NCBI RefSeq assembly: GCF_003918875.1
Contig: NW_025765325.1
Coordinates: 496,001 to 560,000 of the forward strand
Direction of reading: 5' to 3'
Length of the DNA stretch: 64,000 bases
Source of the DNA: Haliotis rubra
Lineage: Eukaryota
The position numbers and the translations under genes are program-made. Below are positions 12,801 through 22,949 of this stretch, in pieces. The stretch's first letter is position 1; every line of letters starts with the position of its first letter. The notes beneath the pieces are model-generated. The model ran no database searches. It saw nothing but the letters and a program-made list of their open reading frames with translations, and was not told where the DNA came from.

Positions 12801-15800
12801 CTTGGCGAGGTAGACAGCTCGCACACGACGCGAACCCTGTTGAACACGTTCACGTTTCATGTTAAGTTATATTATTTAAAATACATTTGGGCTACACAGG
12901 GAGCTATAGCTGGAGCCGTTGTAAGTGCTGCGCTGATGATGTGGCTGTGTGCTGGAGCCACTTTCTCTGGAGCCACAAGACCGACCCCCTGGCTGCCTCC
13001 AGCTCCAACAGACCAATGTTCTGTGGATAACATGACGTCACTGATCATGAATACAACGGGACTAATGACGTCAACAACAGAACTGCATGACGTAACAACA
13101 GTTGGAGCTGTAGCCGAACCGGTGTAAGGGCTTTATAAAATATATTTCTTATCATATTGGACATTTCAATAGCCAAATGGGATGAAGAAAGCGCTTCAAT
13201 CCGTATATTATGAGAGCGAGAGAGAGTGAGAGTGAGAGAGTGAGTGAGTGAGTGAGCGAGGGAGGGAGGGAGGGATAACCCTGTGTTAACTGTGCACTAT
13301 TCCTTGTATAACATGTTACACGGCTAGTATTTAGAGGATCTTCTGCAAATGTTTTTCGTTCATGTTAACAAAGATAATCTTTACTGTTTCAACGAATTCG
13401 AATATCCTATTCTGTTCACTTCATAATAGCAAAGGACCCGTGAAGGTCCGGGTTAGAATGTTGGTCTTCAGCAACCCATGCTTGTCAAAAGAGGCGACTA
13501 ACGGGATCGGGCGGTCAGGCTCGCTGACTTGCTTGACACATGTCATCGGTTCCCAATTGCGTAGATCGATGCTCATGCTGTTGATCACTGGATTGTGTGA
13601 TCCAGACTCGATTATTTACAGACCGCCGCCATATAGCTGGAATATTGCTGAGTGCGGCGTAAAACTAAACACACTCACTCACTCATAGCAAATGTGTTTC
13701 ATCTTGTTTATTCCAGGACGGGCATCAGTGTCATATACACTCTGTCGTACCTGTGGTTGGCCGCTGTTGGCATAGCTGTCGTTGTGATCGTGGCTTTCTT
13801 CGTCAGCTGGGCAACAGGTACAGAGTACATTGCCGATCATTTGATCATCGGGTTTAGGGGATGTCAGGGATTTTGTTGGTGGCACACAATCTCTTTCACT
13901 GAAATATGGAACCGAACAGTTATTCAACATATGTTATATTTAGGTTTACACTTCCTCAGCAAAGTACAGGTTCTAGAAGTATTTTGAAATCGTTCCCCCT
14001 CCATTACCCCTGCCAGCTTCGGTTCAACAGAGTGAAGGAACAGGGGAGTTATACCTGTTATACCTGTATATACCTATTAATATACATGTGGAGTCACGTG
14101 TCCGCAAAAATAACTACTTGCGGAGTTACCTCCCTTGCTTTTATTCACCCACTGCGTAAGAAGTGTTATTTAAAATGTGTTAATTTTGGGATTACACTTT
14201 CTCAGCAAAGTACAGGTTCCAAAACTATTTTTGGATTGAGTCCAATCCGGGATTCGAACCCAAGCTCTTAGAGTAGGTCACCCAGTCACCAGCACACAAA
14301 GTTAGCAATCTAACCCACTGAGTCATCGCAGCTTCCACAAAAAATGTCTGACAACTAGCAGTCTAGATTACGTTCTCTGTGTACCAGTCTGACTAGCTAT
14401 TTTTGATAAAACTGTTTTCTGAAAAATTCACAAAGAATATTACATGAGCTGTGCCCCAGACACCAACACCATACTGGGGTGGATTTGATTTACATCCTAA
14501 CAGATTATTCATCAATTAGCTATCGTTAGGTTGTTGTCAACCACGCCTCCTATAATAAGGACAAAATTTGTTAATACCATGAAGGAGTGGACTGTTTCCG
14601 CTTCCGGTGATGCTGAATATTCCTGAGTGTCAATATGTTAAAAACATCTACCGCTTTGATAAAAGTCGGGAAGTTTTCAATGGCAGATTCTGTATCGATT
14701 CGGACTTTCTGACTGGTCAGGATTAAGGCAGGTGGCGATATATTAATTATACTGATCCTGATTTGAATGCTGATATTAGAACCAATCGTTAGCTGTGTGT
14801 CCTGAATGTGAGCCTCTAATGTTTCTATTCAAAAGAGACGACACATATAACGTTTAATGTTTCACCAACACACATGCACAAAATTGGATTTCTTGTCAAC
14901 TATTTGTTATTACAGTAGCATCTGTCAAATCCGGACTCTTTGTCGGCACATATAATGTATTATGTTTCATCAACACAACACAGAGCGATATGCGCGTTGC
15001 TGCGCCACAGGAAATACGGAATTTACAAGGGTCTTACAGTCCCGTACACCCTTTCAAAACACCGTGTGACAATCTTATTACTCTTAAGATCTTTTTATTT
15101 AGCTTATCTTTAAACAACAACATTCAATCATCGGCAGAATGAGACGCAAAACATTTCGCCATGAATTTTCCTGAACGGTCATAAAGGGAGATAACTCGGG
15201 ATGGCTTAGTTTATGATAAAAATTTCGAATTTGAGGTTTTGTTAAACGACAAGTGAAATACAAAAACATTTAATTTTTTGTATATATATATTGACACAAG
15301 CAAATAAGAAATTATAGCAACAATTTTATTACTCTGTTTATACTCATTCATGTATACGCCAACTCTAAGATTTCGAAGCGATGAGCCGTTGGACAGCCAC
15401 ATTCCATCTAAGGCCAAGGTCATTCGTACAACCCGTGTAGTGTGTCACATTTATTTGACAGGTTTCAACAGAGATGGGAACCTGGATCCTCGCCATGTCA
15501 TATATCTGTCTGACGTCATTAGAAATATATTTACCCGCGGGAAAAAGACCAACACGGATGAGGTATGTGCCCACAAATTCACAATGTGTTTAGTTGTTGT
15601 TTCAAGTCGCACTTCAGCTTTGTGGCGGTAATGTAAATAATCGAGTCTGGATCAGACAATCTGGTGATTGACATCATCGATTTACACAACTTGAATACGA
15701 TGGCGAGAGTAAACCCGCCCGATCCTGTTAGTCACCTCTTGTAAGCATGGATTGCTGAAGACCTATTCTAACCCAGATCTTAAGGGGTCCAAAAGTACCA

Positions 15801-18265
15801 TGTGTTCATCGATGTACAGGTATATGTGTTTGCATGGTACGTAGATCGATGCTCATGCCTATCATCACTGGATTTTCTGGTCCAGGCTTGATTATTTATA
15901 AACCGCCGCCATATAGCCGGAACATTGCTGAGTGACGCTACAACAAACAAACCATACAAACGATCGTAATTCGTACAATGCATAGTATTGGTATATATAC
16001 TCATGCCAATAATGGTTGTCACCCCTCTCCTCACCCCAACCCCACACACCCTCTCCAATAAAAAAAATTCAAGGGGATGACAACCATTATTGGCATGAGT
16101 ATACATTTAGTTAAGCCCCCGTCACACTTTTGCGTATATATAATTCTTGTGAGTTACTTATAAAAATCAGCACGCAGCCGTACACGGCCGTACACAGCTG
16201 TATTGCGAAAAATGCGATTACTTTGACTTACGTGTGACGCATATCTAGCGTATAAATGACGAATTCAGAGATGAAGGGATGGGGTTTGGTGAGGTGCACG
16301 GATGCCCTGCCTTCTAGTTTTAAACAACCTATCCTTCATGACGTTAAGAGACGTTTTTGTTTAGTTTCTTTTTATTCGTGTCATTAGATGTAGGGGCTTT
16401 GGATTACACACAATTACATCTCACTATCACGCAAAACAAAGGATATACAACGAGGACAAAAGATCAGTATTACCTCTTGAAAAACCTTTGTGATTTAGCG
16501 TAATAGGACATAAGCCATTTATAAATTATAGACTTCAGCCCCGGTCACACCTTTGCGTCTATCAAGTAAGTTCTTTATACAAAAGGGGCGGCGGGGTAGC
16601 CTAATGGTTAAAGCGTTCGCTCGTCACGCCGAAGACCCGGGTTCGATTCCCGCATGGGTACAATGTGTGAAGCCCATTTCTGGTGTCCCCCGCCGTGATA
16701 TTGCTGGAATATTGCTAAAAGCGGCGTAAAACCATACTCACTCACTCACTCTTTATACAAAAAAATCAATACGCAGCCGTACGCTCAAAATTGCGAAATA
16801 TGTGACGATATTTGACGCACATCTTGCGCATAAATAACGGAATCTGTGCATCCATTGCGTATGACGTGCGTATGATTAGGGTAACAATATTTTTTCTTAC
16901 TTCAAATAGCTGCATATGCAGTGCGCATGCAGAGTGTATTCCGCACGCACCCAACGTATGCCGACCACATGTCTGACGCACTTCCGACAAATGCCAAGCG
17001 TATTCCCGATTTATAAAAAGGCGGCTACTTCCCGCTATTTTCATTACGAGTTCAGATTCCATAGCGTGAACATCAACCTTTCGTCATCTTCAGGAGGTCT
17101 GTCCACCCTGGTGTTGAGAGGAGCACAATATCTGTACCAAATCTCGAGGGGTAACCTAGTGGTTAAAGCGTTCGCTCGTCACGCTGAGGAACCGGGTTCG
17201 ATTCCCCACATGGGTACAATATGTGAAACCCATTTTGGTGTTCCCGCCGTGATATTGCTGGAAAATTGCTAAAAGCGACGTAAAAACTAAACTCACTTGA
17301 GTTTACCCTGGATGTTCGGCAAGTACGCCGTCTGTGCGTTTGTCATAAATAAGTACTATGCGCTGCCCGATCGCACTACAAACGGTACCCTTGAAGGTCC
17401 GGATTAGAATGTTGATCTTCAGTAACCCATGCTTATCGTAAGAGGCTACTAACGGAATCGGGTGGTCAGGCTCGCTGACTTGGTTGACACATATCATCGG
17501 TTCCCAATTGCGCAGATCGATGCTCATGCTGGTAAACACTGGCTTGTCTGGTCCAGACTCGATTATTTACAGACCGCCGCCATATAGCTGGAATATTGCT
17601 GAGTGCGGCGTAAAACTAAACTCACTCACTACAAACGGAACTAATTCGTGCAATACGCGGCATTCGCTGCGAGTTCGTTCAGTGTGCGTTGTAGCTGCGC
17701 TGCAAGTACAATGTACGCTATGCATACGCCCAATATACGCGGCTAATAGCTCGTGCCAGGAGATCAGCGTATTATGAATTATTATCGGCGTAGTATGAAC
17801 GGCTTATATCCAACGAACGTATAGCATACTCGTACTCACGCGGGACCGATGCACTGCGTATTTATAACTTATGACCTGCGTAACAGCGTACGCAGCGTAG
17901 TTTTGGTCCAGCATCAGGCGTACTTGGCCGTACTGTGCACACGCCGCCGAACAAAACACTTACACAAATGGATTGGGATGCATATGAGGTGCGTATTGTG
18001 CGTACAACTGCGTATGAAAGAAATGTCAATACGCAACTCCTAAGTAATTAGGATACGCAGAAGTGTGACAGGGATTTAACGTCGTTTGGAGCATCCTCAA
18101 TAAGTTACCCCATATATGTTCCAGAAGCTCGTAAAGCAGGGAAGTATTAACACTATCGTCATTGGACTCGAACCCGGACCAGCGGCCGAGACAGAGCTAC
18201 CACTCCTCGCTACAACCATCAACAACGGACTTGATCCCGCTCACATCAATCAAGCCAAAAATTAG
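823..18265 (+). CDS. SLC5/SSS-family sodium:solute symporter (SMCT/SLC5A8/SLC5A6-like), 3' part. Exons: 823-960, 1418-1553, 2029-2117, 9427-9539, 10153-10223, 11904-11990, 12900-13123, 13717-13817, 15462-15562, 18125-18265 (stop). 5' exons lie upstream of the window.
   Basis: GT-AG introns with consistent phases splice into one ORF: FDFDPTVRHTFWGLLLG...FNQSTIQRVCSTPT; YAYYVNVGCDPLESGQIQNPNQ|IIPFMVMDIFRGLPGMPGLFLAALFSASLS|TISSGLSSLSAMTWED; NGPLCGLFIIASLCPWANAK|GAIAG; IYTLSYLW. These are hallmark SLC5A5/6/8/12 motifs. The last exon (KLVKQGSIN...QAKN*) is supported only by acceptor, phase and stop. Confidence 0.92.
1255..1378 (-). mobile_element. Degenerate SINE-like family B copy
   Basis: Reverse complement begins tacccgtgaagaccatggttagaat and matches the 13435 copy with deletions. 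Confidence 0.6.
1883..1965 (+). mobile_element. Solo terminus of the Harbinger-type MITE family seen at 16115-18075
   Basis: ccgtcacacttttccgtaccttaattccttatgagttgcgcattgacatttc matches the reverse complement of 18000-18072. Confidence 0.6.
2077..2340 (+). repeat. ~133-bp tandem duplication covering the 3' end of exon 2029-2117 and its donor site
   Basis: cctggactctttct...gcatctctcag|gtaactt...tacgtctataatg occurs twice (about 2077-2209 and 2210-2340). Confidence 0.85.
2405..2660 (+). repeat. ~45-bp minisatellite, left part (continues at 8995-9155)
   Basis: Unit gtctgtaaggcaggtgatgtactagactatatcaggtcccactgt repeated. Confidence 0.85.
2951..8952 (-). mobile_element. Full-length but disrupted I-group/Nimb-like non-LTR retrotransposon (LINE copy 1), antisense in an SLC5 intron
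   Basis: ORF1 (~8362-7156) with CCHC knuckles (RCFNCQKFGH...C). ORF2 fragments: APE (IIQWNCRG, CLQETH, SDHFP), RT (YRPISLTS, QGVPQGSILS, LFVDD), RNase H, C-terminal CIPCDERVTVKHLLLDC. 3' tail ends in (CACT)n. Frameshifts present. Confidence 0.95.
8895..8952 (-). ncRNA. HDV-like self-cleaving ribozyme at the 5' end of LINE copy 1
   Basis: GGCACCC gu GAAGAG ga ACC UCCUCGU GGU GGGUGCU GG GUAAC G C UAA gag CUCUUC gives P1 (G1-U wobble), P2, P3, L3, P1.1 and the catalytic C. Confidence 0.85.
8995..9155 (+). repeat. ~45-bp minisatellite, right part
   Basis: Same unit as 2405-2660. Confidence 0.85.
9954..10080. mobile_element. Tc1/mariner-type MITE
   Basis: TIRs tactc..caaaaaagttaaggaccacc / ggtggtccttaactttatttgttgagta, flanked by TA. 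Confidence 0.75.
12380..12838 (-). mobile_element. SINE family D, copy 2
   Basis: Colinear reverse-complement match to 230-722. Confidence 0.75.
13212..13275. repeat. (GA)n/(GAGT)n/(GGGA)n microsatellite
   Basis: Seen directly. Confidence 0.9.
13435..13684 (+). mobile_element. SINE-like family B, full-length (structured non-tRNA head, LINE-type tail)
   Basis: Runs gacccgtgaagg...gctggaatattgctgagtgcggcgtaaaac(cact)n. TSD atagcaaa at 13426-13433 and 13685-13692. Confidence 0.9.
15616..15950. mobile_element. Two degenerate family B copies, head-to-head (15616-15789 minus; ~15815-15950 plus, 5'-truncated)
   Basis: Similarity to the 13435 copy on both strands. Confidence 0.7.
16585..16749 (+). 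mobile_element. tRNA(Asp-like)-derived SINE (family A)
   Basis: A box tagcctaatgg, B box ggttcgattcc, LINE-like tail with (CACT)n. 13-bp TSD tctttatacaaaa. Confidence 0.9.
17146..17297 (+). mobile_element. SINE family A
   Basis: Matches the 16585 copy. Confidence 0.85.
17386..17626 (+). mobile_element. SINE-like family B, full-length
   Basis: 12-bp TSD cactacaaacgg at 17374-17385 and 17627-17638. Confidence 0.9.
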
Positions 18266-18367
18266 TCCACTGTATCTTGACAGTTTGATAGGCAGCGATC
18301 CTTAGGGATGATATATATTCATTGAACTGCTCTGTCTCCACTATTAACAGAATGTACAAACATAACA

Positions 18368-18527
18368 GTGAGTGAATGCATGAGTGTAGTTTTACGCCGC
18401 TTTTAGCAACATTCCAGCAATATCACGGCGGGGAACACCAGAAATGGGCTTCTCACATTGCACCCTTGTGGGAAATCGAAACCGGCGTGACGAGCGATCG
18501 CTTTAACCACTAGACTACCCCACCTCC
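18368..18527 (-). mobile_element. SINE family A, in the probable SLC5 3' UTR
   Basis: Reverse-complement match. AATAAA motifs follow at 18611, ~18763 and 18871. Confidence 0.8.
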
Positions 18528-19006
18528 TACATGTGTGGGATCAAAACATTTTTACGTGTTATTTTTTAGGTCTTTACCAAATGGTGAATTTGTCAATTAT
18601 TCGTAGGTTAAATAAAATTGCTAAATTGCACGCTTTTTCAACTATCTCATCTCCGTAGTTGGATCGGTGGTATAGGGTGGTCAGGTTTGCTGACTTGGTT
18701 GCTGCATGCCATTTTACCGTATTTGTGTAGATCGATACAGCTGGAAAACCGCCGAGTACGGCAATAAACTCGCAAAAAAAGGCAAAGTTACGTCATCGGT
18801 GTCATGTCGTGTTTCATATCAGTGTTGACTATTGCGTTCCTTCGTTGGTGTTTTTCTTAAAATCTGTTACAATAAATTGGATACCGTATACGTAGACCAG
18901 TTGAATTCGAAACAGGCTGCAAAGAAATTTGTAATAGTTTGCTTGAAGTAGGTACAAAAGGTTTTGTGCGGACATGACAATTATCTTACCTGGCACTATT
19001 AGTTAC

Positions 19007-19370
19007 AGATGCCATCGTATCCCAGTTGCATAGATCGACGCTCATGCTGTTGATCACTGGATTGTCTGGTCCGGACTCCATTATTTACAGACCGGCGCCA
19101 TATAGCTGGAATATTGCTGAGTGCGGCGTAAAACTAAATTCACTCACTCACTTGTAGGTATCCATGTCGTTGTTGTATCTTGAGCGACGATAGGGGTTAA
19201 AATTGATTTTCAGTCACCCATACTTGTCGTAAGAGGCGACTAACTGGATCGGGTTAACAGGCTCGCTGACTTGGTTGACACATGTCATCGTATCCCAATT
19301 GCGTAGTATGCGCGTGCTGTTGATCATAGGAATGTCTGGTCCAGACTCGATCATTTACAGACCGCTGTTA
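19007..19370 (+). mobile_element. Two partial family B copies (another degenerate copy at ~18655-18770)
   Basis: Contains cttgtcgtaagaggcgactaac and the family B body and tail. Confidence 0.75.
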
Positions 19371-19757
19371 ACAAACAAGCCAACCTACCAATCTTGCTTT
19401 CAAGAACTGCCGCAAAGCGGCGTTAAAATCCACATACAGTTGTCGACTGATCGTTTGCCTTGATCAACACGAATACACAGAGTGTCCTTATCCGTGTGTG
19501 TGTGTGCGTGTGTGCCTGTCTGTCTGTCAGCCTGCGTGCATGTGTGTTTGCAACTACACTTTCTAATTCGACACCGTCTTCTGTTGGTTACCCAGCCATG
19601 TCGGAATTGCTGGTAACACAATGTTCGACTCTGCCGCAGCCTCTTTTTACATGCACACATTTACTCCTGTAAGTATATTTACTTATGGAGTAACTTAACT
19701 TACAGGAGTAAAAAGTATATTTACTTTCTGTTCACATGGATATTTAACCAATAGGAG

Positions 19758-19980
19758 TACAGTGAAGCCCCGTTAGTCCGGACCCCGATAATAAGGATGT
19801 CACGCCTCCCGGACTATTTTAAATTGTTACCAATCTATGCCTTTTTAATTTGCCTCGATAATCCGGAAATTCGGTTTCCGGAACCGGACGGTAAGTAGCT
19901 GTAACCGATCAGTAAAATAAACAGTAAATTGCTTCACAGTCCGGACGCTGTAAGTCGTGTTCACGAACCATAACAACACC
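19758..19980 (+). mobile_element. Mariner/pogo-type MITE end inside a Harbinger relic
   Basis: TA-cagtgaagccccgttagtccggac with repeated ccgga motifs. Confidence 0.4.
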
Positions 19981-20099
19981 CCACGGCGATGTTTACTTAA
20001 CTGGCCATAAACAATAAAATCTGATTTGCATACCACCCAGAAGAAGAAGTTTGGTTTTGAAGAAGTTAGGTAATTTAATCTTCAGTCACAAAATGAGTA

Positions 20100-20320
20100 G
20101 GCTGTTGATTTTAAAACACACAGGAGATCTGCAGTATTCGTTAACTACAGGACTTGCCCTAGGTCTAACAAAGGACAAGAATGATTGGGAAAAGATCCGT
20201 TCAAAAACCTGGTGGACAGACATTATGCAAGGCACCTTTGATGATGACCAGTTGGTAGAGGATTTTCGAATGACTAAAGAAACGTTTGCTGAACTGGGAC
20301 CCTCATTAGTAAGGACTTGT
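20100..20320 (+). pseudogene. Harbinger (HARBI1-like) transposase N-terminal fragment
   Basis: WEKIRSKTWWTDIMQGTFDDDQLVEDFRMTKETFAEL fits the RSxxWW...FRMxKxTF motif. Confidence 0.65.
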
Positions 20321-20686
20321 AGCAGTGACCTGAATCAGTTCAATATCGAAACGTGTAAACCCCTTGTAACAATTTGAAAAATAGCTTACGATGTGTCGCG
20401 AAAATTAGAACATACCCTATTTGTCACTACAGATCGTACAATGTAAAGACACCTTTATTATTGTATCTTTACAGTGGTACTTGTTATTTTATGGCTATCA
20501 TTATCCTAGTAACATTTTCAACGCAATGGTGGATACGGCATCTGACTTGCACATCAAAGACCCGGGTTTGACACCCGGGCTGGAACATCTGAGTGGTATC
20601 AAGGAACAAGGTACCTCCGTCCACAATGTCCCAGTCCACCCAGCTGTAAGATGGATACCCACGAGACTGACAATGTGAGCCATTAG

Positions 20687-21180
20687 TGAGTGAGTGAGTT
20701 AAAATTTAAAGTCCATTTGGCAATATTTCAGCCATATCGTGAGTGAGTGAGTGAGTTAGAATTTAACGTCACCTCGGCAATATTTCAGCCATATAGTGAC
20801 GAGAAATATTTTACATAAACAATAAATTAAAGTTGCTAAATAATCAGTCATCGAAGGACTGCAAAATAACTAGAATATAACAGATGGAGTCTAAAACTAG
20901 CATGAACATGTAAAACTGTTTTATTTACGAACACAATACGATATTAAAACGGGCTATAGATCGCCAACAACTGAAGGTAGATCACCATACTAGGAACCAT
21001 GGGTCAGCCATATCGTGACTAAAACAAGTTATATATTAACAATAAGTAATGATAGATTATAAAATCCTGTCAACAAAGATATAAATGTAAAACTAGCAAT
21101 TAAATCTAAAACATGTTTACTATAGAGGACAACACAATATAAAAACAGGCTATAGATCGCCAACAACTGAGGGTAGATCA
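20687..21180 (-). mobile_element. Composite insertion of three tandem LINE 3'-end fragments
   Basis: Three copies of cagccatatcgtga-type tails within one TSD, gagccattag (20677-20686 and 21181-21190). Confidence 0.8.
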
Positions 21181-21596
21181 GAGCCATTAGTTCTCTAAAC
21201 ACCTAACACGCAGAGAGGCTGTATCGTCCTCAAGGAGTTGAAAAAGTATCGGAAGGTACAATGGTGTCCAATTACAGGGATAGTAATGTGCGTAGCACTT
21301 TGTGCATGCATAAGGCACGGACATAATCTGATGATACAAAAAGAGACTATTACGTACTGATGTGCGATATTTTATGCATGAAACGTGATAGATACGAGTC
21401 ATAACCTTTACGACACAGGTCGAATTGTTTTCAAACAAGCAGTCTGTACAATGCACAGGGCTGTTACAAACTACGTGTAGAAGAAATTACTAGTCGCTCT
21501 ATTTACAGGAAAGGAAAAGACAATTTGAACAATTGAGAAAAAATGTAGTATCTTTAAATGAACTCCTGAAGCTGATACTGCTGTCAAACTGACTAA

Positions 21597-22794
21597 ATGC
21601 TAGGGTTACACTATGTTCCCGGCGGCCACGGCAGCAAAAACGGGATGGACGTGAGACAACGTAGGGAGACTGACAGTCCGTGATTGCAGTGGATGCCGTG
21701 CCAGAGTGAGTGAGTGAGTTATTATTTAACGTCACATCGGCAATATTTCAGCCATATCGTGACGAGAACATATTCGATTTTGAAGTGGAATATATGTATA
21801 TTATAAAAACCTGTCGACGAAGGACAGTAAAACGATGCCGTGCCAGATTTTTCAGCTGTTCACGGTACTAATGAGTAACTTAGTAGGCTGTTAATGAGAG
21901 ATCAGTAGGCTGTTAATGAGAGACCTAGTTGGCTGTTAATGAGAAACCTAGTAGGCTGTAGTAAAACGGAGGGAACGCAACAAAACCTGACAGCATGTAA
22001 TAGGCCGTAACAAAACTTGTAGACGGTCCGTAGTGGGTCGGGAGGCATGTGTATTCCCCGGCATCTCACGGTCCTTTCAGGTTTTGTCACGTTCGGCCAC
22101 GTTTGTTTGGCGTTTTGTCACGGTTGTTTCACCCTTGCTGCCCATTTTGTCCAGGTTCTCACGGCAAGCTAGGTTGTATGGTAGCCGATTCGTCCCCTTC
22201 CATCACGACGCACCCAGGGTGTGACGGTTTACAGGGCCAGCGATGCCACGTTGCGTCCTCTGGCATTCCTTCTCTGCAGCTGATACTGGCCTTCTTGCTG
22301 AAGCAAGGACTCGATGTATGCCTCCTAGCAAACATACAAACACAACAACTTCTTCATCTTGGGGGTTCATGCTGCTCTTGTCTCTCGGGATACAACCGCT
22401 GCTATTGCTTGGGTGGCCTTATTTTTATACCGTGGGCACAACCGTGCTCCAATGCTGACGTTCATCCGTAGAAAGTCTTGACAGAACGCGCAAAACGTGT
22501 CAGAACTTGGATTAAAACGTGAGAAACGTGACGGAATCCATTAGAATGCGACAGGCCAGGAGGAAACGTAATGGCATCCGTAGTGGAGTGCGGGCCGAGC
22601 CGTAGTGCGCCTTTGAGATTCCGGAATTCAGCAGCCCGTTTATCCCAACGGCCCATCACGAATACCGTGAGAAAACTTAGCAGGTCCGAAGAAAACTTGA
22701 CTTTGGAGGGAAAAGATGGCCAAATCCCACGGCGCACTACGTTTCGGTGAAACGGGGCTGCCGTGGCCGCCGGGAACATAGCGAACCCTAGCAT
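21597..22794. mobile_element. Non-autonomous TIR transposon (Harbinger-like) with a nested LINE 3' fragment at 21706-21833
   Basis: ~37-bp TIRs gctagggtt(a)c.ctatgttcccggcggccacggcagc. The nested LINE tail has a 14-bp TSD gatgccgtgccaga. Confidence 0.8.
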
Positions 22795-22949
22795 AAATGA
22801 AGTAACATCCATGTCATATAACATGGTCGTACAAAAAGAAACTGAAAAAAAGGCAACAAAGACGGATTATGAAAATATATCAATTCCAAGGAAACTTATG
22901 ACTTTTGATGAAACATTGATAAAACATAATCATAATGGAATAATAGTAC

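Larger units (their letters stand above)
16115..18075. mobile_element. Harbinger-type non-autonomous DNA transposon carrying nested SINEs
   Basis: TIRs cccgtcacacttttgcgtat / atacgcagaagtgtgacaggg with TAA/TTA-like flanks. An internal extra terminus lies at ~16538. Confidence 0.65.

Noticed and set aside
13435-13470. Family B head as an HDV-like ribozyme, given acccgtgaag shared with the LINE 5' end
   Set aside because: There is no room for P3/L3 and no P1.1 or catalytic strand. The 10-nt match may be chance or a remote relationship, which cannot be decided here.
13362-13688. Recurrent short ORFs such as SQLRRSMLML...YRPPPYSWNIAECGVKLN
   Set aside because: Incidental translations of family B repeats.
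16585-16660. tRNA gene calls for the heads of SINE families A and C
   Set aside because: No complete cloverleaf or acceptor stem. Each continues into a SINE body and tail with TSDs.
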